DNA of 61,647 nt, the filler included. It is 13 parts of 13 records of this genome, joined end to end, with 100 filler letters (N's around TTAATTAATTAA, not from the genome) between each part and the next. Parts side by side here need not be neighbours in the genome. Positions count along the whole stretch, not along the records: positions 1 to 3,942 come from SRR15195285_2567; positions 4,043 to 7,700 come from SRR15195285_2580; positions 7,801 to 11,612 come from SRR15195285_2582; 10 more parts are not named here. One strand, 5' to 3'. Under the pieces are notes generated by a model. The model saw only the letters and a program-made list of their open reading frames with translations, did no database searches and was not told where the DNA came from. The position numbers and the translations under genes were made by a program. Shown here piece by piece: positions 1-11,712 of this stretch. How positions within the stretch are numbered: position 1 is the stretch's first letter; each line of letters begins with the position of its first letter.

Positions 1-218
1 AGCCGTGGGGGCGCACGCTCGGCTGCGTGCGGCGTGACAGCGCGTGCTCGGCAGCGGGTCGGGATGGTCTAGGAGAGGATGGTCGGTGGGTGAGGCAGCT
101 CGGTTGGGGCGACCGCCCGCGGAGGGAAGGCACGGTAGACAGTGTACAGCCTGCTGCACTCACCGGAGTGTGACTGGCGAAGCGTGTCCGCCGCTGGGCT
201 TGCACGCCTGGAGGTGCG

Positions 219-3200
219 ATGGCTACTTTTGAGGTCGAGCGAGCGGACGGGGACAACGGTGCGCGCAACGGTGTGGAGAACGGCATCGGTGGGAAGCTCG
301 CGAGCTTAAAGCAGAGGGGTGCCGCCCTCGTCAAGGGGACGACGGAGCACGCGGAGGACACGGAGGAATTGGCGCTGAGAGCCGAGTGCAAGATCGTGGT
401 GCGCGGTCTGCGAGGCTCCGACGGCGAAGATTACCGAAGCGAAGACTTGATTCGACCAGTATTCGAGAAGGTTCCTGGGATCGGAGAAGGGGGTGTGCGT
501 AAAGTCTTCATTAAAATCAGGGAGCAGGATGGCAAGGACACCTCTTGGGCCCTGGTTGATTTCGAGGACCCAAGCGGCGCGCGCTCAGCAATCCGAGCGT
601 TCAAACAGCAGACCATCCCACAGTGTTTCAGCGTAGAGATGTTCGATGTGTTAAGAGCGGAGCGCAGCAGCGGGACAATGATGACGGCTTACAAGAGCTC
701 AGCAAGTCTGGCAGAGTACGAGGAAGAGGAAGTACATAAGTTCAAGAGCAGCGAAATCTTCGAGGTGTTGTCAGAGCATGTGACCATGCAGTCCATTCAG
801 GCAAAGTACCCATGGCTACGCGTATGCCTCAGGTACGCGATCGAGCCGAAGAACCCGTGGCGACTGAGATGGGATGCAATGATGCTTGGGGTAGTTGTGT
901 TCAGCTCTCTGGCGGTACCGTTCGACGCTGCCTTCCGACCAAACAAACCTCCAGACTGGCTGACTTTGACCATGGACATCCTGTTTTACTCCGATATCAT
1001 GCTAAATTTTAACACGGGATACGACAAAGGGTACGAAGAAGTCATGGACAAAAGCAAGATTGTCGCGCACTACCTCAAGTCTTGGTTCTTCATCGATCTG
1101 GTCGCGACCGTAGATTGGGAGATCGTCGCTAAATGGATTCAGGGACCAGATTCAGATTCAGAAATATGGATCAAGATGCTGGCGCTGATCAAGATCTTTC
1201 GCCTACTTCGCGCTGGTCGGCTGATTGATAAACTGACGACGTCTTGGGTCATGCAGACCGGACTGGTGGACGCGCTCAAGTTTTTTCTTTATGTCACCGT
1301 TGTAGCGCACCTTCTGGCCTGCTTTTTCTTCCTGTGGCCAGTCCTTTTTCAATGGGGGGGAGACTGCGACCAGGACATGGAATTGAGCAATGCTGTGAGG
1401 GAGTGCATCTCTGGCGGCGACTGTGGCGACAGTAGCCCCACCGATGGCCTCGGCTGGTATTTTAAAGAACAGTGCAGACAGAACGGCTGGCGGCAGCAGT
1501 ACAATCTGGAGGAGATATGCGTGCCGAAGCTGTGCTCGCCAATCGACGATCCAGCAGAAGGGGATTTCGATTTAAGCTATGACTTGTACCAGTACTTCGA
1601 CCTCGGCACCCGGTGCCGGCCCGAGAGCGAGTTTTCCACGCCCGTAGCAATGACCGCGGACGAGGAGAAAGAGTTTCTGCTTCGCTGCCTCGACACGGCA
1701 GAACAGAAGCTGACCACCAGGGACCCACGCTTCCAGTTGTGTCCAAATTGTATGGACCCCTGGCGGCGCTACATCGATGCCTTGTATTGGTCTCTCACCA
1801 CGATGACTACCATCGGGTATGGCGACCGGGGCCCTGCGACCGAGAACGAGCTCTACTATGTGCTGTTTGCGGAGGTGTTCGGCCTCGCATTCTTTGCGCT
1901 GCTGCTAACGCAGATCGATCGTGTCAGCATGATATTGACGAAAGACAAGCAGGCGATCAGGGACCAAAAAGACGGCGTGCTGCAATTCGCAATGCACCGC
2001 AGAGTGCCGATGGATCTCATCATCAATCTCGTTCAATTCATGAATTTCCGCGCGAATTCACTGTCCGGCAACGCCTACGACGATGAAAATTTCGGGTTCA
2101 ACACACTGTCTGACAACCTGAAACAACGGATCAAGCACGAGGTCTATCTGCCCAAACTGAAGAAGATTTGCTTCTTCGGGTGGGACGACAAAGATGATAT
2201 GGAGGAGGATACGGTCAAAAGGTTCTTTGACGAAATCGATACAGACGGCAGCGGGGAGCTTGACAAAGATGAGGTCAAGACGCTGTTTGCTCGCCTGGAT
2301 CTGACTCTGAAGGAAGCGCACTTTGAAGCGTGCTGGTCGGAGCTAGATCGCAAAGAAAACGGTACAGTAAAGTTCGATGAGTTCAGCTGGTGGTGGTTCT
2401 TGACCAAGTACGGAGTACCCAGAATAAGCTCGGGTGTGAAGTGTCCAATGTCGTTTTTGCAGACGATGTGCGAGCATGTTGAGGCGCGACCTTTTGCGAA
2501 GGGCGAGAGATTGGTCGAACTCGGAGGTTACGGAGAGTATTTCGTGATTTTGCTGACGGGTAAACTGCGGGTCAAACGCCCGGGTTGCCTGTGGGGCAGT
2601 CCGCGCTCGCATCCAGATGACAAAAATCGCAGCACTGTGAGGGATATTGAAATCAAGCCTGAGGATCGCGAGCCCATTTTTGGCTTCTCCGCTTGCTTGA
2701 CGAAGTCGCAGCATGATTATGTGAAATATCGAACAGATTCTTGGACTGTAGAGGCCGATGAATATACAGACACACTGTGGGTCAGCCGCAAGGATTTCTT
2801 TGGGTTGACAATTGACCACTGGATGGAGGGGCGTGCAGATATAGTCGAGCTTTGTTACTACCACTACCAAGTCGGTCAAATCTTGAATGGGAAGACTGAG
2901 ATGCATGTGTAAGTTGAGCCAGAGCATAAACGCACGGCTGCTTCGATGTTGTTGGCTCACTGGTTTCCTGTTGCGCACGCTTGTTCGCGTTGTTGAACGC
3001 GACAGGGATTCACATGGCCAGATAACGCTGGAGGCGTTTGAGGAGGCATCAAAGCAAGTTCCACATGGCTTCCGTAAAACATTTTTGGAGGACCCAAATG
3101 CGGCTGGGCGCCCCGCCAACTTGGGTTTCTGGTCAAGCGACGGTACGGAGGAGGGCAAGAACGAGGGGGACAAGAACGAGGGGGGCACGCATGAGGAGGA

Positions 3201-3594
3201 CATCGTTCGCAGCGTGTACGACCACATGGACACGGAGGAATATTTTCTAGGGAGTGCAGAGCGCATGATGAGCAAAGTCAATCACATGCAGGAGGAGATG
3301 CAGTTTTTGCGTGAGGACCTGAGTGGCGTCATTAGCGACTTCGGCATTCTCGTCAAGCATTTGCAGAAATGTGGCGTCAAGGGAGCCGAACATTTTGAGG
3401 AGAGCCCACGGGAGGATCCTGAAACCTGGTACGAGTCGAGGAAAAAACGCAGGAAGGACTTGATAGCTACGAAAAGAATTGCAACTGAGCGTGAACAGCG
3501 TGAACAGCGTGAACACGTGCACAAGAAGCGCACCATCGCTGAGAGAGCGAGGGGAATGTTTTCCAGTACGGGTCAACGACCCGAAGACACTTAG
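219..3594 (+). CDS. CNBD-family (KCNH/HCN-like) voltage-gated K+ channel with N-terminal RRM-like domain and EF-hand pair; exons 219-2908, 3006-3594
   Basis: S1-S6 segments, S4 KIFRLLRAGRL, pore YWSLTTMTTIGYGD (filter 1806-1826), C-linker and CNBD-like beta-roll (PFAKGERLVELGGYGEYFVILLTGKLRV), EF loops DTDGSGELDKDE and DRKENGTVKFDE. Intron GTAAGT..ACAG at 2909-3005 joins ORFs 219 and 2887 in frame (MHV|DSHG). Confidence 0.9.
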
Positions 3595-3942
3595 TGAGTG
3601 ACCTTTGAACTGAACGACCACATCGCGACTACCGCTGGAAAAGCCATGGCACGACAGCCCCGCTAGCGGCCGGACAGGCCAGGATGCAGCGTGTAAATGG
3701 TTCAATCATGTCGTCAGCAGAACCTGCCAATTGAAAGCAAGAGGGCCAGCCTCTCGACACAAAACTCACTGACGGTTTCAGTCCGCGAAAGACTTACATT
3801 GTGTATGCCTTCTTGAGAGAGACACTTGCATGATCGTGTACGCCTTCTTGAGAAAGACAATTCTCTGCCCGCATACCCCGGCCCCGCGGTCGCTGTCCAG
3901 TTTCTAAATTGCATGGGGGGGGGGGGGGGGGGGGGGGGGTGG

Positions 3943-4042
3943 NNNNNNNNNNNNNNNNNNNNNNNNNNNNNNNNNNNNNNNNNNNNTTAATTAATTAANN
4001 NNNNNNNNNNNNNNNNNNNNNNNNNNNNNNNNNNNNNNNNNN
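3943..4042. other. Artificial contig spacer N44-TTAATTAATTAA-N44. Also at 7701-7800, 11613-11712, 15012-15111, 19278-19377, 24179-24278, 27789-27888, 32015-32114, 36116-36215, 41357-41456, 51048-51147, 54572-54671
   Basis: Identical 100-nt block with stop codons in all six frames, present 12 times; flanks are often simple repeats (poly-G, (TCTG)n, (CA)n, GAGCC-type repeats). Confidence 0.98.
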
Positions 4043-4232
4043 TCTGTCTGTCTGTCTGTCTGTCTGTCTGCTGCCTTGCTCGACCTGCTCCGGGGTCCCA
4101 GCGCCTCGCGCAGCTCCGTTGGGTGTTGTTGGTGCTGGTGGCGTGCACATGCGTGTCGTTCGCTCTCTCCTCTGGCTCTGTGCTGCAGGGTGGTCAGGCT
4201 GAGGGGTGCGGTGTGTGTGCGCGCGCGCGCAG

Positions 4233-4835
4233 TACGTGCCCGATGCGATGAACACGACCAGCGTCTCGCCGTACGACCACAGGTCATTCCTGCGCACTAC
4301 GGTTACTCGGCTGGTGTGTTGACCCATACTGCCTAATAGCATCGATCCTGCTCACCTGGTGCAGCAAGTCGTAATGCAACTCTCGCCCTGTTGAACGCAG
4401 GATCCAGCAACAGGAATGCTGCCACCGCTGACGCCTCGCGCCCGCAGCCCCCGTAGCGCTCGATCAAGTGTGCGTCCCGTGTGGAAAGACAACCGGTGCG
4501 TCTGCTCGCACGTGTTCGATCTTTCTGCCTTGCTGCTCACCATTTGTGGGGCTGTTGGCCTGCGCAGCTCGCCGCGAGCGCGCCCGGTGAGCAGCCCGCG
4601 AGTGATGGCGCCTCAGCGATCGGACGGCTCCGGCATGGCCTCTGCGATGACCGGCAGCTCTCGCGACGCAATGAAGTCGATCAATGACCAGCTGCGCAAG
4701 ACTTCGATGTACAAGTCGACGTTCCGTGGTGTCCAGAATCCTCGCTATGCACAGCCCACAGGCTCGCCGATGGAAGTTTACGGGAGCTCTGAGCACTCAA
4801 TGTGCTCCGGATCCGGAAAGTCCGGATATTTTTAG
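4233..4835 (+). CDS. Hypothetical protein, 3' multi-exon fragment (Ser/Arg/Pro-rich)
   Basis: Plausible GT..CAG introns at about 4314-4400 and 4496-4567 join YVPDAMNTT.., DPATGMLPP.. and SPRARP..GYF*; no recognisable domain. Confidence 0.45.
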
Positions 4836-5118
4836 ATAGTGCAACTCGCATGCGCGCGTACGTGCCCTTCATGGCGACCCGATGGACAGACAGCCGGCCA
4901 AGAATCCGGAGCGGAGTTGTCGGTTGTGTTGAAACACTCTACATTTATCGCACGAGATGTTCCATGTCGAGCGCTTGCTCCTACATCGCAAACCGGCGGA
5001 GTGTGAGCGACAGGACGCCGCCGCAAGTGCTCATCGATGCATGTTCGTTCCCCCAAACGCAGGGTCGTGCTTGACGCGAGCGTAGTTGGCCGGCAGATTC
5101 ATGCAGGTAGCCAACTGT

Positions 5119-7137
5119 TCAAACTGTCGGAGACATCGCTTGCAGAGCACAACGCTTGAAGCACGAACAGATCTCCCCAATCCTGGCCGCACCGAGCCCA
5201 GGAGCTCGTGGCTTTCGCGTCTGCAGTGCCCCGAAAAAGTCTTCAAACTCGATCAATCCATCGCCACTCTTGTCGAGCACTGCCCAGAGAGCGTCGAGCA
5301 GCGCCGGCGATAGCGACTCCTTGCTGCGCAGCGCAACTTTCACCGCACGCGCGAACTCGTTGCGTCCTACAAGCGGTTGTCTACTGGGTGAGACCAAGGT
5401 AAATAGCTCTAAAGTAGCCTACGGTGGCACTCATACTGGCCTTGACAAAGCGCCACGCATGGACACGCGAGACGCACGCACCGAACCGGGCTGACGCCCC
5501 TGCCGCCGTATCGCCAGTAGCGCTTGCCGCCTCCCCGAACATTGTGAGTGCCCGTTTGATCTCCTCGAGATGATACGCAACCAACATCTGAAAGCGCCGA
5601 AAGTCTTCGAAGTTGATCGAAGCATGTGTGCTCGCCTGCCCAGCGGTTTGCGCTGCCGTCATGCCACGTTGCTCTTGTTCGCGCAATGCCTGTACGCTGT
5701 ACCAGAGCAGCCAACACGCGGTTCAATCGGAGAGCATCCAACGGATGCAATGTCGGCCGCACCGGCTTTCATACTCAGCCACATCTTGCCTCCCAGCAGC
5801 AACCAGTGCAGCAACCACAGCCATGCCGAAGTCTGACTTCGTCATGTTCACTTCCCCTGCGGCAGCTGCAAGCGTGCCACTCTGGCCCGCGTAGTGGTTG
5901 TACTCCAAGCGAACTAGCGTGGTTTCCAGTCCGACAACCCAGGTGGCGAAGTCGTCGTGCGATAAACTATGCTCGTGCATGCAAACATCCAGAAGTCGCA
6001 TTGGCATCCCAACATCAGTCAGTGGTACTGGATCGTTGTCTGATCACAGTAACTGGTAAAGGACCGCATAAAGGCGTGCGCACCGGCCTGGATGAGACTT
6101 GGCCGTTTTTTGCTTGAACAACGGCGCCATCAGCCGGGCTTCGGTCTCAGCCACGGCAGCATCAAATTTGCTGGCACGGCGCCGACATGCGCAGCCACCT
6201 CCTCCGTCTGTTCTAACTGCACTGCGTAGGGTCGTCATCATTGCAGCAAACTCTTTCTGATCAAGCGTCTGATCAGCGATAGGCCACATGCAAGCAGCAG
6301 CCGTTGCAGTCAGTGCATACACGTCACGCAGCGAGCACGCGCCTGCGCTTGGCCCAGCACGGCCGCAGCAGCTGATGAGAAAAGCTGGAGTGAGCGACGT
6401 ACACCGTTGTTCTCCACATCGAACATCCGGAACGCCACCTTCAGCTGCGTCGGTGGGATCGTCAGGAGCGTTGTCAGCAGCAGGAACTCGGGCAAAGATA
6501 TGAAGCCATCGCCATCGACGTCGACCAATTTGACAAACTCCAATGCAGGCCCCGTGAGTGTGTTTCCGTCTCCTACTAGTGCGCCATGAACGCTCGCGTC
6601 CAGATGACTGCCAACCTGCGCGTCGGACAGGTTGCGAATTGGGTAAGGTGCAGGTGGCCCACCGCTCGCGGCAAGCGGCAACGGCGAGGACCTCTGCATT
6701 GCATATCGGCAGCTTACCATGGCGCGGAGCAGATCCTGAGGTGTCATACGCGCGGCGCCTTCATCGTTGGCGCTCGACGCAAAGTAAGTGAACACTTTCT
6801 CCGCGGTGCTCAGCTTCCGGATGTCCTCCTCATACTGGCGGATCCGTGCTAGTCTCATACGCTCCATCTTCTCGTTATTGAAGACCGGCTGCGACGTCTG
6901 CGGGCCGGGGCTCAGTGGAGGTGGCGCGTACGCTCGCTCAGCTGCGGAACTGCCGAGGCCTGGTGTGGAAGGCAACCACGAAGGCCAGCCCCACCGTCCG
7001 GAATCGCTCTCTGCATGTGCCGGGCCCGAAACTGCCCCTGCAACTGCGCCGGCGGCAGCAACGCTCGCCAGCGCGTGCCGCCCAAGACCATGGCGCTGCC
7101 GCACAGCGCCTGCGCGGCGCACAGCCCGCAACATCAT
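5119..7137 (-). CDS. MICU1-like mitochondrial calcium uptake regulator (EF-hand), multi-exon
   Basis: Arg/Ala-rich transit peptide; MICU motif YEEDIRKLSTAEKVFTYFAS..MTPQDLLRA; EF-hands DVDGDGFISLPE, FRMFDVENNG and C-terminal LDKSGDGLIEFEDF, spread over ORFs 6310-7137, 6044-6322, 5723-6007, 5381-5686 and 5119-5397. Confidence 0.85.
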
Positions 7138-7881
7138 GAACCAGGCCTCACGCTTCTGCTTCCTCCGTCACATCCGGCCCCACTCCGCGCGCTGCAAGCT
7201 GCACACGGCAGCCGCCCACCACCCACAACAACAGCGGCGCCCAAAGGACCCTGCCGTCGCCCACGCAGCACCGCCAGCAGCCCCGATACACTAGGAAGGC
7301 TAATGCAGAAATTGTATAATAGTATATATAATGGAGTACACCGTGTACAGCGGTGAAAAGCTCATGACATCTGCTCGCCGCGGTTTGAGCCCAAAATCAT
7401 ACAGTGTAATCAAGCGCCGGAAAACTGTACTTCGAGTGTATAGTACTCGGTACCGGTACACTGGATCTCTGGAGTCCAACGGTCCATCATCACGCACAAA
7501 TTGGAATCACTGCCCGCTCGCCGCTCCGCGATGAAAAATCACGCGCCGGGGTGCCCTCGTCAATGTTTCTTGTTTGTGCAGTTTGTATTGGAAAATCCTA
7601 CCATTCTGTCGTTCTGTCTTGCTCAGGGCCGCGGGGGTCCCAACCCGGGTGTACACTCTGTAAGCCCTAGTAGTTGGCCAGGATGCCGACCGTGAAGCAG
7701 NNNNNNNNNNNNNNNNNNNNNNNNNNNNNNNNNNNNNNNNNNNNTTAATTAATTAANNNNNNNNNNNNNNNNNNNNNNNNNNNNNNNNNNNNNNNNNNNN
7801 CCATTTGAGCGAAAATCATGCACCGGCGGCCGGCGCCGCGGCCGATCTGAGTGGACGGGGTCCCATTTTCGAGGCAAATGC

Positions 7882-10339
7882 ATGCTGTGCGTGCCGGCGT
7901 GCAATGCCCGCCGGCGTCCGCCGCGGTCCGCTGCGGGCCCAGTGAGCGAGGCTGCCCGCAAACGAATGCCCTTGCCCCCCTCCTCGGATGCAGACTACGC
8001 GATCGGGCGGGTCCGATCGACAGTCCACGGCACCGATGAAGTGAGCGCGGCCCGCGCGCTGGCAGCGTCGGGAGGTGACGTCCACCAAGCCATCTCAGCG
8101 CTGCTGGAGGCGGCCCTGCCAGAGGACAGCGTGGAGATTCTGCATTATAACGAGAAATCGGCGCGCCTCGAAGGATCGCTGCTTAGTTGGGAAGATACGT
8201 TCAGTTTTGACGTCCTCGGCTGGCTGGTGCTGCCGGTTGGGTTCGATGTGGACCAGGTTGCGGAGCTCCAGGAAGCGGACGGCGCAGCTGGTGCCGCTCT
8301 CATTGGTCAAACGCTGAACGGCTACGTCGAGGAACTGTGTGGTGTTGGATACCGCAGCAATGGCCCTGCCCACCGTGCTGGCGACGACGATGCCGACGGG
8401 TGTGACCCACTAACCGGTGGCAATGGTATACGGGCTTTAGGCAGGGCGTATATCAATATGACCGGGTGGAATCAAGTCCGCTCCGAGTCAGATGCAGGAG
8501 AGGTCGTTCCCTCGCTGACACGCAGTGGCGGAAGGTGGGAGCCAGTGCGCATCCGCCAATGCAGTGGCCTGATTGTCGGGGTCGCCTTGCGCGATATCGC
8601 ACCTGGGGATCTCTCGCTCTGTTTTGTATCTTCTTCACACAAGTCTGAGATGCCCTCACCAACTTCGATACTCACCCAAACAGCGCCCGGCGGTCACTTG
8701 GAACGCCCAACGCTCCGTGCTGGCGACGTGGTGATTGCATCTAGCGCGACGCTGCATGGCTTGCGCACTGCCACTGGTGCACGTGGGGTCGCAGGTGCGA
8801 TGCTTCTCGCTGAGTATATCAGTGCGAGCGTTCCGCTTTCCTCACCACCCGAGGACTCACCGCCACTACCAGAATGGGCAAACGGCCTCACTGATATCGA
8901 GCAGGCGCTGTTGGGTGGAAATGCAAGCGGCGGACCTCAGCAGTATATCGTGTTGTCGGACGGCAAACATGTGTGGAAGGAGCACGCTGCGACTGCTTCT
9001 GGGTCTCCGCAAGCCCACCCTAGCATTTTAACGAACGCCAGGCCACCAGACGAGTCCACAGCCACGTTGGGAGCACCTGGACACCGTCAGCCCGACCCTG
9101 ACGAAGTGTGGGCTTTTGATACACATGGTTTCCTTCATGTAAAGAACGTCATGGATGCTGACTGGATTGAGGAAGCGATTGCGGCCATTGACGCATGTCT
9201 GGACACAGTTGTTACACGTGGGATCGGCGGCGGGCAGTGAGTTCGTCGGCAACCTGTTTGCTCCATGCACCATCTCTATCAGAGCAAGTATAGAGCAGAA
9301 TGTCAGATGCATTCAAGCGCGTGGCTGCAACTCACTTATCTGCATGCCTCTGCGTGCCCATGTTTTGCATAGTGATTCTGATGTTACCTTGGGGCACATT
9401 CCAGGCGCTCCGACGCTGACAGGCACTGGTCGGCCTGACTTACAAGACCTCTTCAGCCTGCCTGAGCCGCACTGCTACCCATTTCGTCGCATGCTCGCGC
9501 ACCCCGCGGTGATCTCGAGGCTCAATTGGATGATCGGCGCGGTGCGCCGATCGGATTCGTGTTGCTGAACTAACATTAGTTGAACTAACACCACCAACCG
9601 GTAAGGGGAGTTATCGAAGTCTGACCAATGATGTCCTGTGGTAGGGATACACAGTAACCCAGAATACCGCTCTCTGCCATGTACAGGTGCGACACAACGG
9701 CGCAGATAATTGTCAGCACATGGCTTTAGTCCCTGGCCACCCACCCGGCACTCCTATCGGCTCGAAGACCGGCTCAGCTGGCTATGTCAACCATCACAAT
9801 CGTGTTTAGCTGTCAATTCTGCAAATGCATGTGTGAACGCGACATGATCTGGATGCGTACGGCAGGGCAGCTCAGGGCAGATGCTGCATGCTGGCAATGC
9901 TAATCCGACCTCAGTCCAGAAGATGGTGCGTCGCAAAAGATACTCAAGCAATGCAGAGGAAACATTATGAAAGTCGACACCGATTGAGAAGACACTCGTT
10001 GGTTCCGGACAGGTGGGAGCACAAAATGGGCGCATCGTTACTACAAGTGGCATGAACGTGAGTTGGAATCTTCGTGAGACGACGGCGGAGTCCGAAGGCG
10101 GGTTTTGCATCATTCCGGGCTCGCATAAGGCATGCTATCCGCTGCCTCACTCGATCCGGACGGCCAATGTTCGGACACCCATCCGGCACCTGCCGATGGG
10201 CGCCGGAGATCTGTTGTTTTTCCTTGGCGGTGCGGTGTGCCACGGGGCATATCGTTGGGAGGCCGCAAAACCGCGCCGTGCAGCGCTCTTCACATACTCG
10301 CACCCGCAAAACGAACGGTTTGCTTGGCCTCGATTATGA
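7882..10339 (+). CDS. Tandem PhyH-like (phytanoyl-CoA dioxygenase family) Fe(II)/2OG enzyme with N-terminal UBA-like helical segment, multi-exon
   Basis: Two repeats of FD..G(W/F)L.., (G/S)SHK and AGD....HG motifs. The second domain is assembled from exons near 9373-9541, 9645-9686, 9866-9925 and 10013-10339 (GGFCIIPGSHKA, GAGDLLFF..CHG..W..RRAALFTY). Start may be ATG 7966. Confidence 0.8.
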
Positions 10340-11084
10340 CGGCTCGCTCCTTTCAATGGTTGAATAAGCTTGACTCGCGCGTGTACTAGTGCAACACCTG
10401 TGCCATGTTCTTACCTTGGAACTATCCCAGGCTTAATTTCTTTTCACCAATTTTGCCCACCAATTTGCGGCCAATGTGTAACGCGTGTGTGTCGCGAATG
10501 TAAGACTCTTAACTCAATGCCGTGTACGAAGAGGGCGCTACATGAATCCGTTCCGTGTCATAGCGGCCAGAGTCACTCAATACTCTTGCATCGGTTTGAG
10601 GCGGTTGAGGCTTGCCAACCGCCACAAACCGGCGCCACCCGTCCCTAGGGTCTCCCCTGGGTCCGATCCCTCCCCATACAGTAGATGATATTCGAGAGCA
10701 AACTATTCACTCGTCGCCAGGGACCAGTTTTGCACAAGCGGCCAAGCTGCACAAGCTAGTCGCTTTGGCACGCGCGATGACAGCCGACCCAGCGTTCGCG
10801 AGACAAGCGCGCAGGAGGTTTCTGTGACACTGCTAATTGCTTTCTCTACGCTACATGTCCCATGCATAAGAAATCCGCTTTTACCTAGCTAGTACTGTAC
10901 GTTGCGAGAAGTCCACGCAGCATCGTGAAACTTTCGTCTGTCAGCGCGCTGCTCCCAAATCCCCTGGCTGGTACAGCTGTACCGGTACTGAAATAGATCT
11001 ACCGGCGGCGTCGGGAGTCGGGAGCGTCGGGGAGGAGCTGCCGGCGGCGGCCTGCGCGTGCGTCGCACGGCTGCTGCGTGCGCC

Positions 11085-11612
11085 ATGGCGAGCGCTGCTC
11101 CGCTTCGCAGCCCCTACCGCTCGTGGATGTTCAGTCAGATCGAGGGCGGGAGCACGGCGGCTAGCAAGCCGGTAGCCTGGCCCCCCTCGCCAGAGTTCCA
11201 ATTTCAGCAGCAGCAGCGCACTGGCAGTCACCAGAGCCCACAGTCATCACAGACGCCGGACGATGTGTCGTCGCAGCTCGGCTCCCTGCTGCAGACAGTC
11301 CGCAAGCAGCACGCCGATCTGCGGGCGCAGATGGGTGAAGTAAACAGCCCGCCGAAGGCCCTCCTATCCTCGATGCCGAGTCCTGTAGCAAAGAATGCGC
11401 TGCAAACTAGGCGCGTCGAGTACGCTACATCGTCAGCTTACCGTCCGAGCGCAAACGATGCCCATCATCGCAAGCTGGTGCTTGAGCAGACGCCACCGAC
11501 GACTCCTGGAAGGGATCCCACCACTGCTTTTACGCACGCGCACTCTGGGTCGGGCAGGGTTGTTGAGCCACCATGGCCCAGCCAACCTATATTCGTTTCA
11601 AGAATGCCGCAG
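11085..11612 (+). CDS. Hypothetical low-complexity protein, 5' part (truncated by contig end)
   Basis: ATG at 11085, open to the spacer; Pro/Ser/Gln-rich with a short coiled coil. Confidence 0.5.
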
Positions 11613-11712
11613 NNNNNNNNNNNNNNNNNNNNNNNNNNNNNNNNNNNNNNNNNNNNTTAATTAATTAANNNNNNNNNNNNNNNNNNNNNNNNNNNNNNNN
11701 NNNNNNNNNNNN

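Noticed and set aside
2343-3281. Long antisense ORFs (e.g. 2343-3281, 15846-16661, 23425-24111, 40713-41408)
   Set aside because: They are shadows of real genes on the opposite strand in GC-rich DNA, with no domain signatures.
6640-6717. Non-canonical intron in MICU starting GTAAGC at 6717
   Set aside because: The frame stays open through the region and no convincing in-frame AG acceptor of normal intron length is visible; it cannot be resolved without transcripts.
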